Assembly: GCA_001179505.1 (NCBI GenBank)
Contig: CDMY01000440.1
Location: forward strand, 1-64,000
DNA: 64,000 nucleotides
From: Vitrella brassicaformis CCMP3155
Taxonomy: Eukaryota; Protista; Chromerida
Reading direction: 5' to 3'
Shown: in pieces, positions 46,102 through 57,988 of the stretch
How the letters are laid out: the number at the start of each line of letters is the position of its first letter
How positions within the stretch are numbered: position 1 is the first letter of the stretch
Program-made: the position numbers and the translations under genes
Notes under the pieces: model-generated
Databases searched by the model: none
What the model saw: the letters and a program-made list of their open reading frames with translations, nothing else
What the model was told of the DNA's origin: nothing

Positions 46102-49100
46102 ATGACCGTCCTGGACATCATACTAATGCTCTCCTACCAGCTGCTCATTGGCCTTGATGCTGCCAGCGCTCTGCACTACAAGCGGCGCGGCCCCTTCTGC
46201 TTCCACATCGCTGCGCACGCATCGTTTCGTCTGGAGCCACAGAGGCGCAGCTGCCGCATTGGTGCAGCCACACATCCTCGCAGACCCGGGACGACTCAGC
46301 TGGCTGCCGACCCGACAGACGACTCAGCGGCAGCGACGGCTCGTCCATCTGTTATCCTCCTAAGGCTGCTCGAGACTTCCCAGAGGCTGCAGCGACGGCG
46401 CAGCAACGACAGCTCCACCCAAACACTGCAGAACAAGGCGGCCAACGAGCCTGAGGCACATGACGATGAGTCGGTCTGGGCGGTGGCTCTGCTGCCAGCT
46501 GCTGAGAGTGCCGATGCCCTCAACGTGACCACCACCATGGCTGCGCCTGAGGGCGAGATCGGCGAGGGCAGGCGAGAAGGCGATCCTGTTGAGGGCAGCT
46601 GGGGCTACCTGGTGCCAATCTTCCCGTCGCTCAACATCTCTGCCGCTGCTGCCTCCCTCCCCTCTGTCACTGATATGAATGTGCGCATGCCGGAGAACAT
46701 CACGCGGCTGGTGCAGTCGGCCGGGTCGCAGGCGCAAGAGCAGCTGAGGTCTATCGGCAAGCTGTCGACAGAGGCGCTGGGCAGGCTGGTTGCCGACGAG
46801 GGCTTGCAGAACCTGACTCTACCTGTGACGTCTTTCCTCTGGGATGCCCACAGCCGGCTGGCGGGTCTCTCACAGATCCCGGCTTCGCTCGCCGCCCAGC
46901 TGCCCGGGGACTCGCTGCTGCTGCTGCTGATGGGCAACACGAGTGGGTTGGCGGACGCAGTGCAGAACGTCCTCAGCCTGCAGAATGTGACATGGCTCAT
47001 GGCCACGTCCGCCTACAACCAGTCCCAGGCCCTCATGAACGCCACACTGGTGAGGCCGCTGGCCAACCTGAGCGACGCGTGGAGTCTGCAGGGCCTCGAC
47101 AGCATCGGGGTGCTCCTGAGCAAGGCCAGCAATGCGACCCTGCCTTATGCGTTTGTGCTGCCTGTGGAGAGCCCGTCGCTTGAGTCGCTGCTGGGGTCAC
47201 TGGAGGGCATCCTGCGGGCCAACACGAGTGCCGCTATGAGAGAGGAGGGGGATGGCACGGACGGCGGTGACACTGATGGGGGCATCTCGCTGCTTAATCC
47301 CGTGCCAGAGAGGGTGCTGGATGTCCTCAGGGTGAGCTCACCTGCTGAGGGAGGCGGCCTTCCTTCATCGTCACATCATTTCATTCCATGCATAGCGTGT
47401 GTGTATGTGTGTGTATGGTGTTGTGTTGTGTTGTGTTGTGAGGTGGCTCAGCGTGAAGGCCCCCCGATTGCCCGGCAGCTGTCGAGTCGATACTTCTTGG
47501 CGAACAGGAGGATCAAAGAACTCATCGAAATCGCACTGGTCGGGGCAAACACTACATACACTCAGACAGAGAGAGAGATACGGAGAAACCAGCAAAGCCG
47601 GCCATCGTCTTTGCGCTGTTGCGTTGGTGGCCTTCCTTATCATCACCAGATGACAGAGCGCGGCCCCGATGTGCCTGAGGCCATCCACTTGAAGCTCTCG
47701 CTGCTGGACCAGCTGGGCAACCTCAGCTCCCCCTTCCACAACGACACACCGCCCCACATTGTCTTCTTCAACGAGCCAGAGGAAAACGTCCATCGCATCC
47801 CATCGCACGAGGCCATGCTGCTCGAGGACATCGCAGTCTCCAAAGACAGCCTCACCGGCCTCTCAGACGACCTGAGCGCGAGGCCGGGACAGTTCGGGTG
47901 AGAGCCACACACACCGACAGCCAGCGACCAACACAACACCCACGTGATGATTGCTGGCTCCTGTCTTTTCCTCTGGTCGTTGTGCAGGTATCGCGCGAGA
48001 AGGGCGCGGTATGGCGTGCGCCGTTTTCTCGCGAGTGTCTTTCGCGGCATCATGCGCTGGAGGGCAGCTGTGTCGGAGGCATGGCAGAGACGCAAAAGGC
48101 AACAACACCAGCAGAGACCGCAGGACGGCCCACTAGATGAGACGGCGGCCAATAGGAAACCGTCTGGCACGTGGCGCCTCATCCAATGGGTCGGCAGCGG
48201 CCCGAAAGGGCTGTCTAGGCTCAAGTAATGACAGACACCCCCTGGCTGCCCAACAGTTATGCATCCCTCCCTCTGTGTCTTTTCTCTGCCCAGGCGTCTG
48301 GTGCGGCGGCGTGAGCGAGCGGCGCTGCACCGGCTGACCACTGAGGAGCTAAACCGCCTCAAGATGGCCTTGCGCTTCGAGATCTCCAACTGGCGATCCA
48401 CCTGGATCGGGAGAGACCTCGCAAGACTCTCACGCCTCCGACGGCCGGACAGGAACGACTCGGTGCCCTCCCTGGTGATCCGAGACGACGTCGACGGCGC
48501 GTGCATCACGCCGGCAGACGAGCTCGAAGAAGACGCTGACAGCAGGGCGCTCGAGAGTTTGCTCGAGAAGACGGCCAAGGACCTGTCTGCTGCCGCTGCC
48601 GCTGCTGCTGGTGCTGGTGGGCGAGAGCAGCCGGTGGCTGGTGTTGCGGGTGGCGATGGCGATGGCGGTGGCGGTGAGGGCAAGGGTGAGGTGAGGGGGG
48701 AGATCATGCACTCTCGGGTGGCCCATGCGGCTACCGTCGACGAGTGGCAGAGCACCTTCAGGCTCTTCCGGAGGCAGACACCGCTCATCGAGAGGTCAGC
48801 AACACACACACACACACACAGATACATCGACAGACATACACAAACGGGCTGGTGCTGTGCATGCAGGTACATCGCCTCGGCGGACGCGGCGCTCCCCGGG
48901 CCCACCGAGTCGTCCTTCTCATGCTCGGCGGTCAAGTACCCCCTCCTGCTGCACTCTATGCTCCTCGCCGCCCTCTCGCCATACAACCTGAGGCTCAAAG
49001 ACGCCGACCTGCCCATGGCCATACCGCAGCTGCCCAGCTTCGAGCTGAGCCTGGCCAACCAGACCATGACGTCAGGCATCAGCTTCGTGCCGATTGGGTC

Positions 49101-50865
49101 GATTCCGCAGCTGGTGGATGTGCTGTCGTCTGACGATAAGAGGCAAGCCGTCATCGAGAAGGCCCAGCTGCTGGCCTCCCTCCACGGCCGGGGCAGCAGC
49201 AGCAGCAGCAGCGGCAAGGTGGTGCCTGTTGAGGCGGTGCCTGTGGATGCCACCGATGGGTCTGGCGAGTCGACAACCGGAGTGGCGGCCTCCCTCCCTC
49301 TGCCCATGATGCCCCTGCTGTCCAATGTGGTCGACAGAGAGCCGGCACACACACCCACAGCCGCAGCCGCAGCCAGCACAACAACAGCGTCTGCATCTCA
49401 ACAGCAGCAGGAGGAGGAGGCCGAGGCGCTGAGGGGCAGGGCGGTGGCCGATCTGCTGATGAAGAAGGCCATTGAGGTGGAGAAGGGCAAGGGGGACGTC
49501 GCCGTGCACACCGTCGTCTCCGACAAAGCATGCGCGGTGCGTGCGGTCGGTGAGGGGGCGGCAGCCAGCCATCGGTGCATTTGATAGATTGGATGGGTGT
49601 GTCGTTCGTGTTTCTCCCTTTCTCCATATGTTCATTCACCCATTCGTTCAGGTCATCGGGGTGTCCCCCTCCCTGAACCTGACTGTGGTCAGCTTTCGGG
49701 GCACCAAGGACCCCGTCGACGTGCTCACCGACATCCAGTTCATCTCGGCACCATTCAAGCCCAGAAACGTCCCGCGAGGCCACCGCTCGCGCATCCCCGT
49801 CTCTGTGCCCGTCCGGATGGCCCACCACCCGCACCATCCAGGCGCCCCAGCCAAGGACGGCAGCACCAGCATGGATGCAGCGGCCAGGGAGCCGCGGCGC
49901 GCGTCGCTGCTGGCGTCGCTGGGTCTGCGGTTCAGGGGCATCCGGCATGGCCGGGCGCACTTTGCCAAGGAGAGGGAGGCCGAGCCGACTGCGAGTGCGG
50001 CAGATAGCAACACGATGGAGGTCCACAGGTACGTACGCAGAACAAAGGGCTTTCTGCTCATGAATGCGATGCCTTCATGATCGCGATAATGCAGGGGTTT
50101 TGCGATGGCGTTCGAGTCGATTCGCGACGAGGTTTCGTCCATTCTCAACCGCTACTCGTACACCGACCCCGCGGGCGGCCATCGCCGCTTTCCGCACGAG
50201 GTGGTCTTCGTGGGCCACTCGCTGGGCGGCGCCTTGGCCCACCTGGCGGCCGTCTACTTCCACGACCTGCGGCCGCGGCTCGTCACATTCGCCGCCCCAG
50301 CGACGGGCAACCTGGCCTTCTGCCGGTGCCTGGAGCAAGTGGCGCGGCCGTACGGGGGGCTGCGGGTATGGAATGAGGGCGATGTGGTGCCCTACATTGC
50401 CCAGCTGGTGGGATACAGCCATGCCGGCATTCCCATCAAGTGCCGGCTGCCCAGGTGGGCGAGAAGAGAAGGGCAGGGCAGGGCGGGGCGGGGGGGATAT
50501 ATGACTTCTATCTATCATCATGATGATGCTCTCTGGGTGTGCGTGTGTGTGTGTTGTCCGACAGGTCTGCGATAATGAAGTTCGAGCAGGAGAACGTCGG
50601 TCCTGTGTTTGGCTTCCGCGTCGTGGCGCCTCACGTGCTCTTCCAGGTCACACACACACATTCACACACACATGCACACGTGTCATCCATCTGTCTGTCG
50701 TGTCAATCAATCGACCTGGTCAACCGTGTGTGTGTTGTGTGTCAGGTTGGCCCGGCCGTTTATGTGTTTCCCATCATCACGCAGGACGTCCGAAGCGCCA
50801 GTGAGGCCGCCAAGGCCGCACAGCAGGAGACAGCGGACGAGGCCAAGGAATTGCAGCCCTCATGA
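46102..50865 (+). CDS. Class 3 lipase (alpha/beta hydrolase) with signal peptide and long N-terminal extension
   Basis: VVSFRGTKDPVDVLTDI; VHRGFAMAFESI; VFVGHSLGGALAHLAA (GxSxG at 50213-50230); VTFAAPATGN; RVWNEGDVVPYI; YSHAG. Hydrophobic N-terminus MTVLDIILMLSYQLLIGLDAASA. Confidence 0.88.
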
Positions 50866-51125
50866 ATGAGCAGTGATGAGAATGGAACAACGAGTGGCTG
50901 ACTTTGTTGTGTTTTGTGAGGTTAAGGCGACTCTGAGGGAGCGTTGTGTATACTGACTGGTGTGCTGCGCGTGTGAGAGAGAGACCGACCGCCTCTCATC
51001 GATTGTGCGGATGAGATGAAAGTTCATTTAGTGACTTCTTCCCTCACGTAATTGTCATCGACCGTCCAGCAGGCAGTCCTCTGTGTGCACACGGACGTTC
51101 CCTGCCGCAGATTTTGGGCAGATCA

Positions 51126-51182
51126 TTTCACAGCGCTTAGGGTTTAGGGTTTAGGGCTAAACCCTAAACCCTTTCACAGCGC
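51126..51182. repeat. Inverted interstitial telomere cassette (TTTAGGG)n-(CCCTAAA)n flanked by an 11-bp direct repeat
   Basis: tttcacagcgc (51126-51136) + ttagggtttagggtttaggg ctaaaccctaaaccc (51137-51171) + tttcacagcgc (51172-51182). Confidence 0.9.
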
Positions 51183-51218
51183 GCATCGTTTGAATGGAAA
51201 CCGAATCTCCCAACCAGA

Positions 51219-52226
51219 ATGAACTCCTTGCCCTCTCGATGCCTCAGATCTCTATTCGTCGCCGTCCTTGTCCATCAAACCCGCTCCTCGGTGCCAGCAG
51301 CACGACGAAGGCACGCATCAGGCGCAGTGGGAAATCCAGGCATCAGCAGGCGGCCAGGACCAACAGCACCATGCCCGTCAGATCCGTCGCATGCGCCATC
51401 AGCCAAGGCCTCCAGCAGCAGCAACAGCAGCAGCAGCAGCAGCAGTGGGTGTCGTGATGCTGTTCATTCATCGCTGGAGGCATGTGAAGGGCGGGTTCTG
51501 TTCAGGCGGCCGGCACCTTCGCAGCTGCAGCTGCTCGTATGGCTAAGGCAGACAATACTCGTCGGCCTGGCTGAATTCGGCATGCTGCTCGGACTTGGTG
51601 AGTGAACACACTGGGAGGCAATTGCCACCATTGCTGTGTGCATCTGTTCATGTGACTGTCTGTGTGTGTGTCGGGCCGATCGATTAACAGGTGCGCTCTA
51701 CGACCGGCTGAGCGAGTACCTGGACATAGAGGCCGATGGTGCGGTCCGCTTCCTGCTCGACGTGGCCTTCTGGTCATCCATGGTGTTCGGCGTCCGCAAC
51801 TCCATCACCCGGCCGAGGGACATGGCAGCAGCGACAGACAGGGAGTGGTACCGATCCCTCAAGCGGTCAGGGAGGCGGTTCTTCGACCTGCCCGGTTGGG
51901 CCTTCCTGGCGTGGCACCCGCTGCGAGCCATGCAGACACTCGCAGCCGTCCGAGTGTGGCGCGGGACGGACCAAGACGTCTTCTCGGACCCAATGCAGGC
52001 GCTGTTGCTGTATTTGACGCTGATTGACGTGTGGCGGACGGCCTTCTACGACTGGCACGCCATCGGGTGGTCTGCGGGCTTGATGGTGGCGGTAATGGCG
52101 GCGTCGGTCAACGTGACGGTGCAGATGCTCCTGGAGGACAGTGTGGCTGGCTGGCTGTTTCTGCCCAGTGTCATTCTCGGGGCGCTCGTCGGGGCGCACA
52201 ACATAGCTCTGTATGCTGACAACTGA
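51219..52226 (+). CDS. TSPO: TspO/MBR family tryptophan-rich sensory protein with a long N-terminal leader, 2 exons
   Basis: WYRSLKR..FDLPGWAF..W; LYLTLIDVWRTAFYDWHAIGWS; SVAGWLFLPSV...HNIALYADN* follow the TspO pattern (WY--L-KP-W-PP-W-F; LN--W---FF; A--LL-PY--W---A--LN). Intron 51598-51690 joins in phase 1. Confidence 0.82.
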
Positions 52227-53162
52227 TGGATGGATGGATGGATGTGGGATGCCTAATCAATCCATGTGTGCATGTCTGTGGGGCGGGCGATGCTTGCGGG
52301 GGTGGGTGTGTTAGGTTAGTGAATAGCCATAGCCGGTCAACGACGGGAAGACGAATTGATTGCACAATCAATTGAGGAGCCTTTTTCGGGTGTTCATAGA
52401 GAGAGAGAGAGAGATAGCTAACTAGCTAGAACGTGCGTGCTTGCTTGTTTGTTTGTCTGTGGGTGTGCTGAATCGGACAGACAGTAGTGAGTGACTCGCC
52501 GACCGACCGACTGACCGAGATGAGATGAAGGAAATACACTCACTCACACGCATATGCATGGGTTGACAGGCAGGCCATGGTTGGTCAGTCAGTCAGTCAG
52601 TCAGCAGACAGACAGACAGGCAGTCGGGCCCACACACTGGCGATAGTCAGTACTGGTAAGTAAGGAACACACACACACACACACACAAAAGACACACCAC
52701 ACATAGATACCGGCCAGCCACTCCCTCAGCCACACGCGCACGTCACGTCCTCGCACCGCTACGTTTGCTTTGATTGAATTGTGCATCTTGGAAGTACAGA
52801 CAGCTGGCTGGCTGCAGTGAGTGAACCGAGCCGTGCCGTGCCGTGTGTGTCAGAATAAAATTGTCCAAAGAAACGAGTCAGTCGCCCGCCCGCCCGCCAA
52901 ATCCTAGCTAGCTTTTATCCAACCATCCCATGCATCCGTCATGAAGGAACGAAGAGCCGTCCAGGATGATGATGCTCATCAATCGCAATGCAATGCCACT
53001 GCATGCATTCACACCCACACTCACGGACACACGTAGAAAGCAAGGAGGTCTGTCTGTCTGGTCAGGAGGACCGTCTGGTCTGGCCTCAGTTCACTCTGTC
53101 TGTCTGTCGCCCATCCCCTCTGCCACTGCCTGCTTGTTGTGTCTCTCCGCTCGAGTAGCTAC

Positions 53163-56100
53163 TCAGTCCTTCATGACAGTGATGGTCTTGCCGTTCAAAT
53201 CGCCACCATTGTACTGCTCTGCAGTGCACACGCACACACCAGAGAGACCCATGAGCACATGGATGGAATGAGAGAATCAACGAATGCATGTGGCTTCCAG
53301 CCTGCCTGCCTGTCTGCCTGCGTCTGTCTGTGGCTGTCTTACCGACGGCACTCTGTGCGGCCTCTGGCTTCGCGAAGCGCACCTGCACCTTGCCATCGTA
53401 CTGACCCTGAACACAGCACAACCACACAAAGGACCAAAGGACACACACACCAGGTATCCACCTCGAGATGGTTGATTCGGTGGGGTGTGTTGTCTGGTGT
53501 GTTGACGTACGTCCGAGTCGAGCAGCTTGGAGGCCTTCTCGACGTCGCCGCACTGGGCAAAGGCCGTCACTATCTCCTCGATGCTCAACTCAACAGGCAC
53601 CTGACCAACACACACACAAACAGACAGACAGACCAGCCACCATTGTCTTCTGCCCTTCCATTCATCAGTTTATCCATCCATGCGGCCACTCGCTTCGCTT
53701 ACATCCTTGATCAGTATCTGACGGCCCGCAGCACTCTTGCTCTGCGCCACAGGCCCCCCACCAGCAGCACTTGCGACACCGCCCCCACTCGCCGCATAGC
53801 CCGCCTCCTGCTTGGCAGCCATATGTGGCCGCGAGGGCGGCACGGAAGGCGGGCCCCCGTACGGCGCACGAGGGGCAGCTCCAGTGCCTCCAGCTCCAGA
53901 AGCAGCAGCACCACCACCAGGCTGGGCATAGCCATACGGCTGCGGCTGCGGCTGCATGGGCGCGGGGGCCTCAAATGCCATCGTCTGCTGTGGTCGGGGA
54001 GGTGGCCTGAGGCCGGCCGGTGTGTGTGGAGGTGCGTACTGCGCGTGTGCGTATTGGAATGGGGGCGGGTATGGCGCGGGTGGGTGCTGGGCCTGCGGGG
54101 GGGGCATGTATGGCTGCTGGTGGACGGGGGAGGGCGGCATGAGGGCGGGTGTGAGTGAGCTGGTGCCGGCGGTGGTCTGGGCGTTGTGGTAGCCGGGGCC
54201 GCGGTCCTTGGTGGGGTCGTTCTGATTGGTGAGAACACATGAGGACAGGCATGACAGGGACACACAATGTGTGATGATTGTTCCCTGTTTGTTGTGTGTC
54301 TGTGCGTGTGTCGCGCGTGTGTGTGTGTGGTCACCTCGCGGATGTAAAGTTTGTTGCACTTGAATACCTGGTTGTTGAGCTCGCGGACAGCACGCTCGGC
54401 CTCCTCGACCGTCTCGTACTCACAGATCCTGTCAGACACACACGCACACACGCCCACAGAGACACGGGGAAAGAGTGGCACACACACGTTTAGCCTACAC
54501 TCCCCTCGTTTGTCTGTCTCTCGGTCTGTCTGATTGTTTTTATTGGCTTACGCGCATCCGATGGGCATTCCCTTCTGCGATGTGACGATCTCGGCCCTGA
54601 CCACCCGCCCGACCTGGGCCATGAACTCGGCAAACTCCGCCGGGGTCGCGGTGTTGGGCACGTGCTGCACCCACAGCCTCGTTCCACGAACCGCCCTCCC
54701 ACCACCGCCGCCAGACATACCCATACCGCCCCCAGGCTGCTGCTGCTGCTGCTGATACTGCTGCAGCTGTGGTCGCCTTCGCACGAGAGCCATCCCGCCC
54801 CCAGTCCCCATGACGGCCGACCTGGGCAGGAGGGCGAGGTTGTGCTGCGGTGGTGGGTTGAGGATGCCTAGCTGCTCGTGGTGAAAGGCACCTATATGTG
54901 GAGGAGGGGGAGGGGCGGGGAGGGGAGGGGGGATACACAACAGACAGAGAACACACAACAGAGACACACAACAGGTGGGGAGAAAACAGTCAATACAATG
55001 ATGATAATAATAATAATGAGACTGTACAGCATATACAAGACAACACAACACAACACAACACTGCACAACGGTAGGTACGTGACGTGGCCACCGCATGTGT
55101 ACGTGTGGTTATCTATCTACATCTACAAAATACGAAATACAGATCGATCCAATACATATTTGTGTACGAGTATGTGTGTGTGGATGGATGGATGGATGTG
55201 CTACGCATGTTACGGTGTGCTCAGCTTAGATAAGCTACGACGGTGGTCAGGGCAGGGCAGGACGGCAGGCAGGCAGGTGGGCTTGGCTGAGACATCACCG
55301 GATGGAAGCGACGGACAGACGGACGGACGGAGGGAGCCGGGTGAACGGAGGCAGGCAAAGAACAGACAGACGGAAAGGCGTCCCCTCTGTCTGTCTGTCT
55401 GTCTGCTTAAATGGCGCCGCCCTCTCCTTCTCTCCCCCTGTCTGTGTGGTGTGTGTTGCAGTGCCTGCTCAGCTAGCTATTCACATCACCCACACACATC
55501 ACATCACATCACATCACGGCAGCCCCCCTCTCCCCTCTCAGCTTCCTGCCTGCCTGCCTGCCTGTCTGTCTGTCTACACCCCAACTCAGTCAGTTCAGTG
55601 GTACAAAAAGGCTTAAGGCTATCTATCTCGCTTTGCGCTGCGCTGTCATGTGCTTACTTACACACACACACATACAGGTGTGTCTCTGTGTGTGTGTAGC
55701 GAATTAGTTCATGTGTACAGCGATACAGACAGACCTACGTGTATTGTGTGTGTGTACTGTCAGTGTGCTGTGAACCGTATAGAAACGAGCCGGGTGCAGA
55801 TGCGCACTCTACTCTCTCTCTCTCTCTCTCTCCCTCCCTCTACCGCCAGCTCGACAGCTCGCAATCTGCCTGTCTGTCTGTCTGTCTGCCTATCGGCCTC
55901 TGATGAAGTCGCACACACGCACACCACACCACACCACACCACACAATCAATCAATCCATACGCCGCAAAAAGGCCGAATCTCTATCAGATCCTCTCTCTC
56001 TCTCTCTCTCTCTCAGCCGCGGCACAAGCAGACAGACCGCAAGGATAACAAGAGAGGACGGCACCGTCGTCAGCACTCTCTGACATGCTAGCTGTAGCTA

Positions 56101-57791
56101 CACGTCTTACTGCCTCTTCACTGGCTGGCTGGCTGGCCTGTCTGCCTCGAAAAACGACATCACACGCATCCCCTCACTCAGTCACTCAGTCAAGCATGCA
56201 CACTCATGCACACACACACGCACCACACACACTCCTCTCTAGCTCTCTCTGAGCTAGCTCATGGATCGTATTCATGTCCATACCCGCGCGCGGAAAATGT
56301 CATGCGGTGGGTGTCATGGGATGTCATGTCATGTGATGGGGTGTGGTGTGGTGTGATGCCATGGCGAGTGAAGAAGCTGTATGTATGTATGTGTGTACAT
56401 GTGAGTGTATGTACAAACGCTCCCTCCCTCCCTCCCTCTCTCCCTCCCTCCGTCCATGCCTCCGTCCATCCGTCCGTCCGTCCGTCCATCCATCCGGAGA
56501 TGTCTCAGCCAGCCAGCCAGCCTGCCTGCCTGCCGTCGACCACACCACAGCATCTTAAGACCACACCGCCCGCTACTACAGCATCAGCCATAGATACACG
56601 GGCAGAATACATAACATACACACAGCTGTCTGTCTGTCTGCCTGTCTGTCTGTACATACGTCGTATTATAAAATATACAGACAACAAAAATACATATGGG
56701 TGTGCGCGTGCGTGTGATGTGGGTGAAAGGGACAGGGAGGGGGGCGAGGGGGGGGAGGGGGAGGGGTAGGAGGGGTGCGAGGGCAGACACAGCCATCCAG
56801 CGACACAGCCAGCCAGCCAGCCAGCCAGCCAACACGATCAGACAAGCGGATGAACACTCTGACTCTCTCTCTCGCTCTCTCGCGGTGTGTGACTGTACAG
56901 TGTGTCAGGACAAGACAAGCTGCTCCCGCAGTGACTCGCTCCAGGCGTCGAACTCAGCCCACACGTAAGCCAGCCACTCGACAAGCCACGNNNNNNNNNN
57001 NNNNNNNNNNNNNNNNNNNNNNNNNNNNNNNNNNNNNNNNNNNNNNNNNNNNNNNNNNNNNNNNNNNNNNNNNNNNNNNNNNNNNNNNNNNNNNNNNNNN
57101 NNNNNNNNNNNNNNNNNNNNNNNNNNNNNNNNNNNNNNNNNNNNNNNNNNNNNNNNNNNNNNNNNNNNNNNNNNNNNNNNNNNNNNNNNNNNNNNNNNNN
57201 NNNNNNNNNNNNNNNNNNNNNNNNNNNNNNNNNNNNNNNNNNNNNNNNNNNNNNNNNNNNNNNNNNNNNNNNNNNNNNNNNNNNNNNNNNCCCCTCGCCC
57301 CCCTCGCCCGTCTCGCCTGCCTCGGATGTCGTGCTGCTACACGTGCCGTCACTGAGGCTGGCTGATGACGCTGATGCGGATGCGCTAGTGCTGGTGCTAG
57401 TGATGCTCTGCCTGCTCTCTCTGGTGGCCCTGTCTTTCACGTCAACAACGTCACAGCACACCTCACCACCATCCCATGCATCACCGCTACTGCTGCTAGT
57501 GCTGCAGTCAGTCACTGTACCGTTGGTGGTATAGTAGGGCGCGAACCGACGACCTTGGCCTCCTCCTTGCCCACCGCCGCCGCCGCCGCCTCCCCCAGCT
57601 CCGTAGCCGCTGTAGCCGCCGTCCCCCTGCTGAGGGGGTCCTCCCGAGTGGCGTGCGGGGTTGCCGTAGACCCCCTTGCGACGCATAGGGCCGTAGTGCT
57701 GCATGTCGGCAGGCGTCCGGCCGGTCTCAGCAGCCACCAGGTCGTCCAGGCTCATCCCCAGCTTCCTGTCCAGCTCCCTCTGGTCAGTCAT
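53163..57791 (-). CDS. Two-RRM RNA-binding protein, GBP2/hnRNP-M-like, paralog A
   Basis: N-terminus MTDQRELDRKLGMSLDDLVA. RRM1: RLWVQHVP..VGRVVRAEIV....PIGCA|ICEYETVEEAERAVRELNNQVF..LYIRE. RRM2: RQILIKD|VP..CGDVEKA..|GKVQVRFAKPEAAQSAV|EQYNGGDLNGKTITVMKD*. Confidence 0.85.
54868..57520 (-). repeat. Very long (~2.65 kb) microsatellite-mosaic first intron of RRM paralog A
   Basis: Dense (CA)n, (GT)n, (CT)n, (GTCT)n, (GCCT)n, (GCCA)n, (GGAT)n and (CACAT)n runs with no credible coding motif; contains an N gap. Confidence 0.7.
56991..57290. other. Assembly gap (300 N)
   Basis: Run of N. Confidence 0.97.
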
Positions 57792-57988
57792 CACGCCTTC
57801 AGCCACAGACGAGCACGCTACTCGCACCTCAGTGCTTCTCCTCCAGTGGAGGCTCCTCGTGGACATCGGTTTCACGCGATGCCCGACACCACGAGCTCGC
57901 AATCAGAGGAAGCGGGCCGAAGGAGAGGAGGAGCCTTCCTGGGGTCTGAATCCCTGGTTCCATCCCCTGCAGGGCAGAAAGTGTCAAG

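Noticed and set aside
51413-51446. (CAG)n tract read as poly-Q in ORF 51194-51457
   Set aside because: In the frame that splices to the TSPO core it encodes poly-Ser. It is an ordinary coding microsatellite; similar tracts occur at 54735-54755 and 62163-62185.
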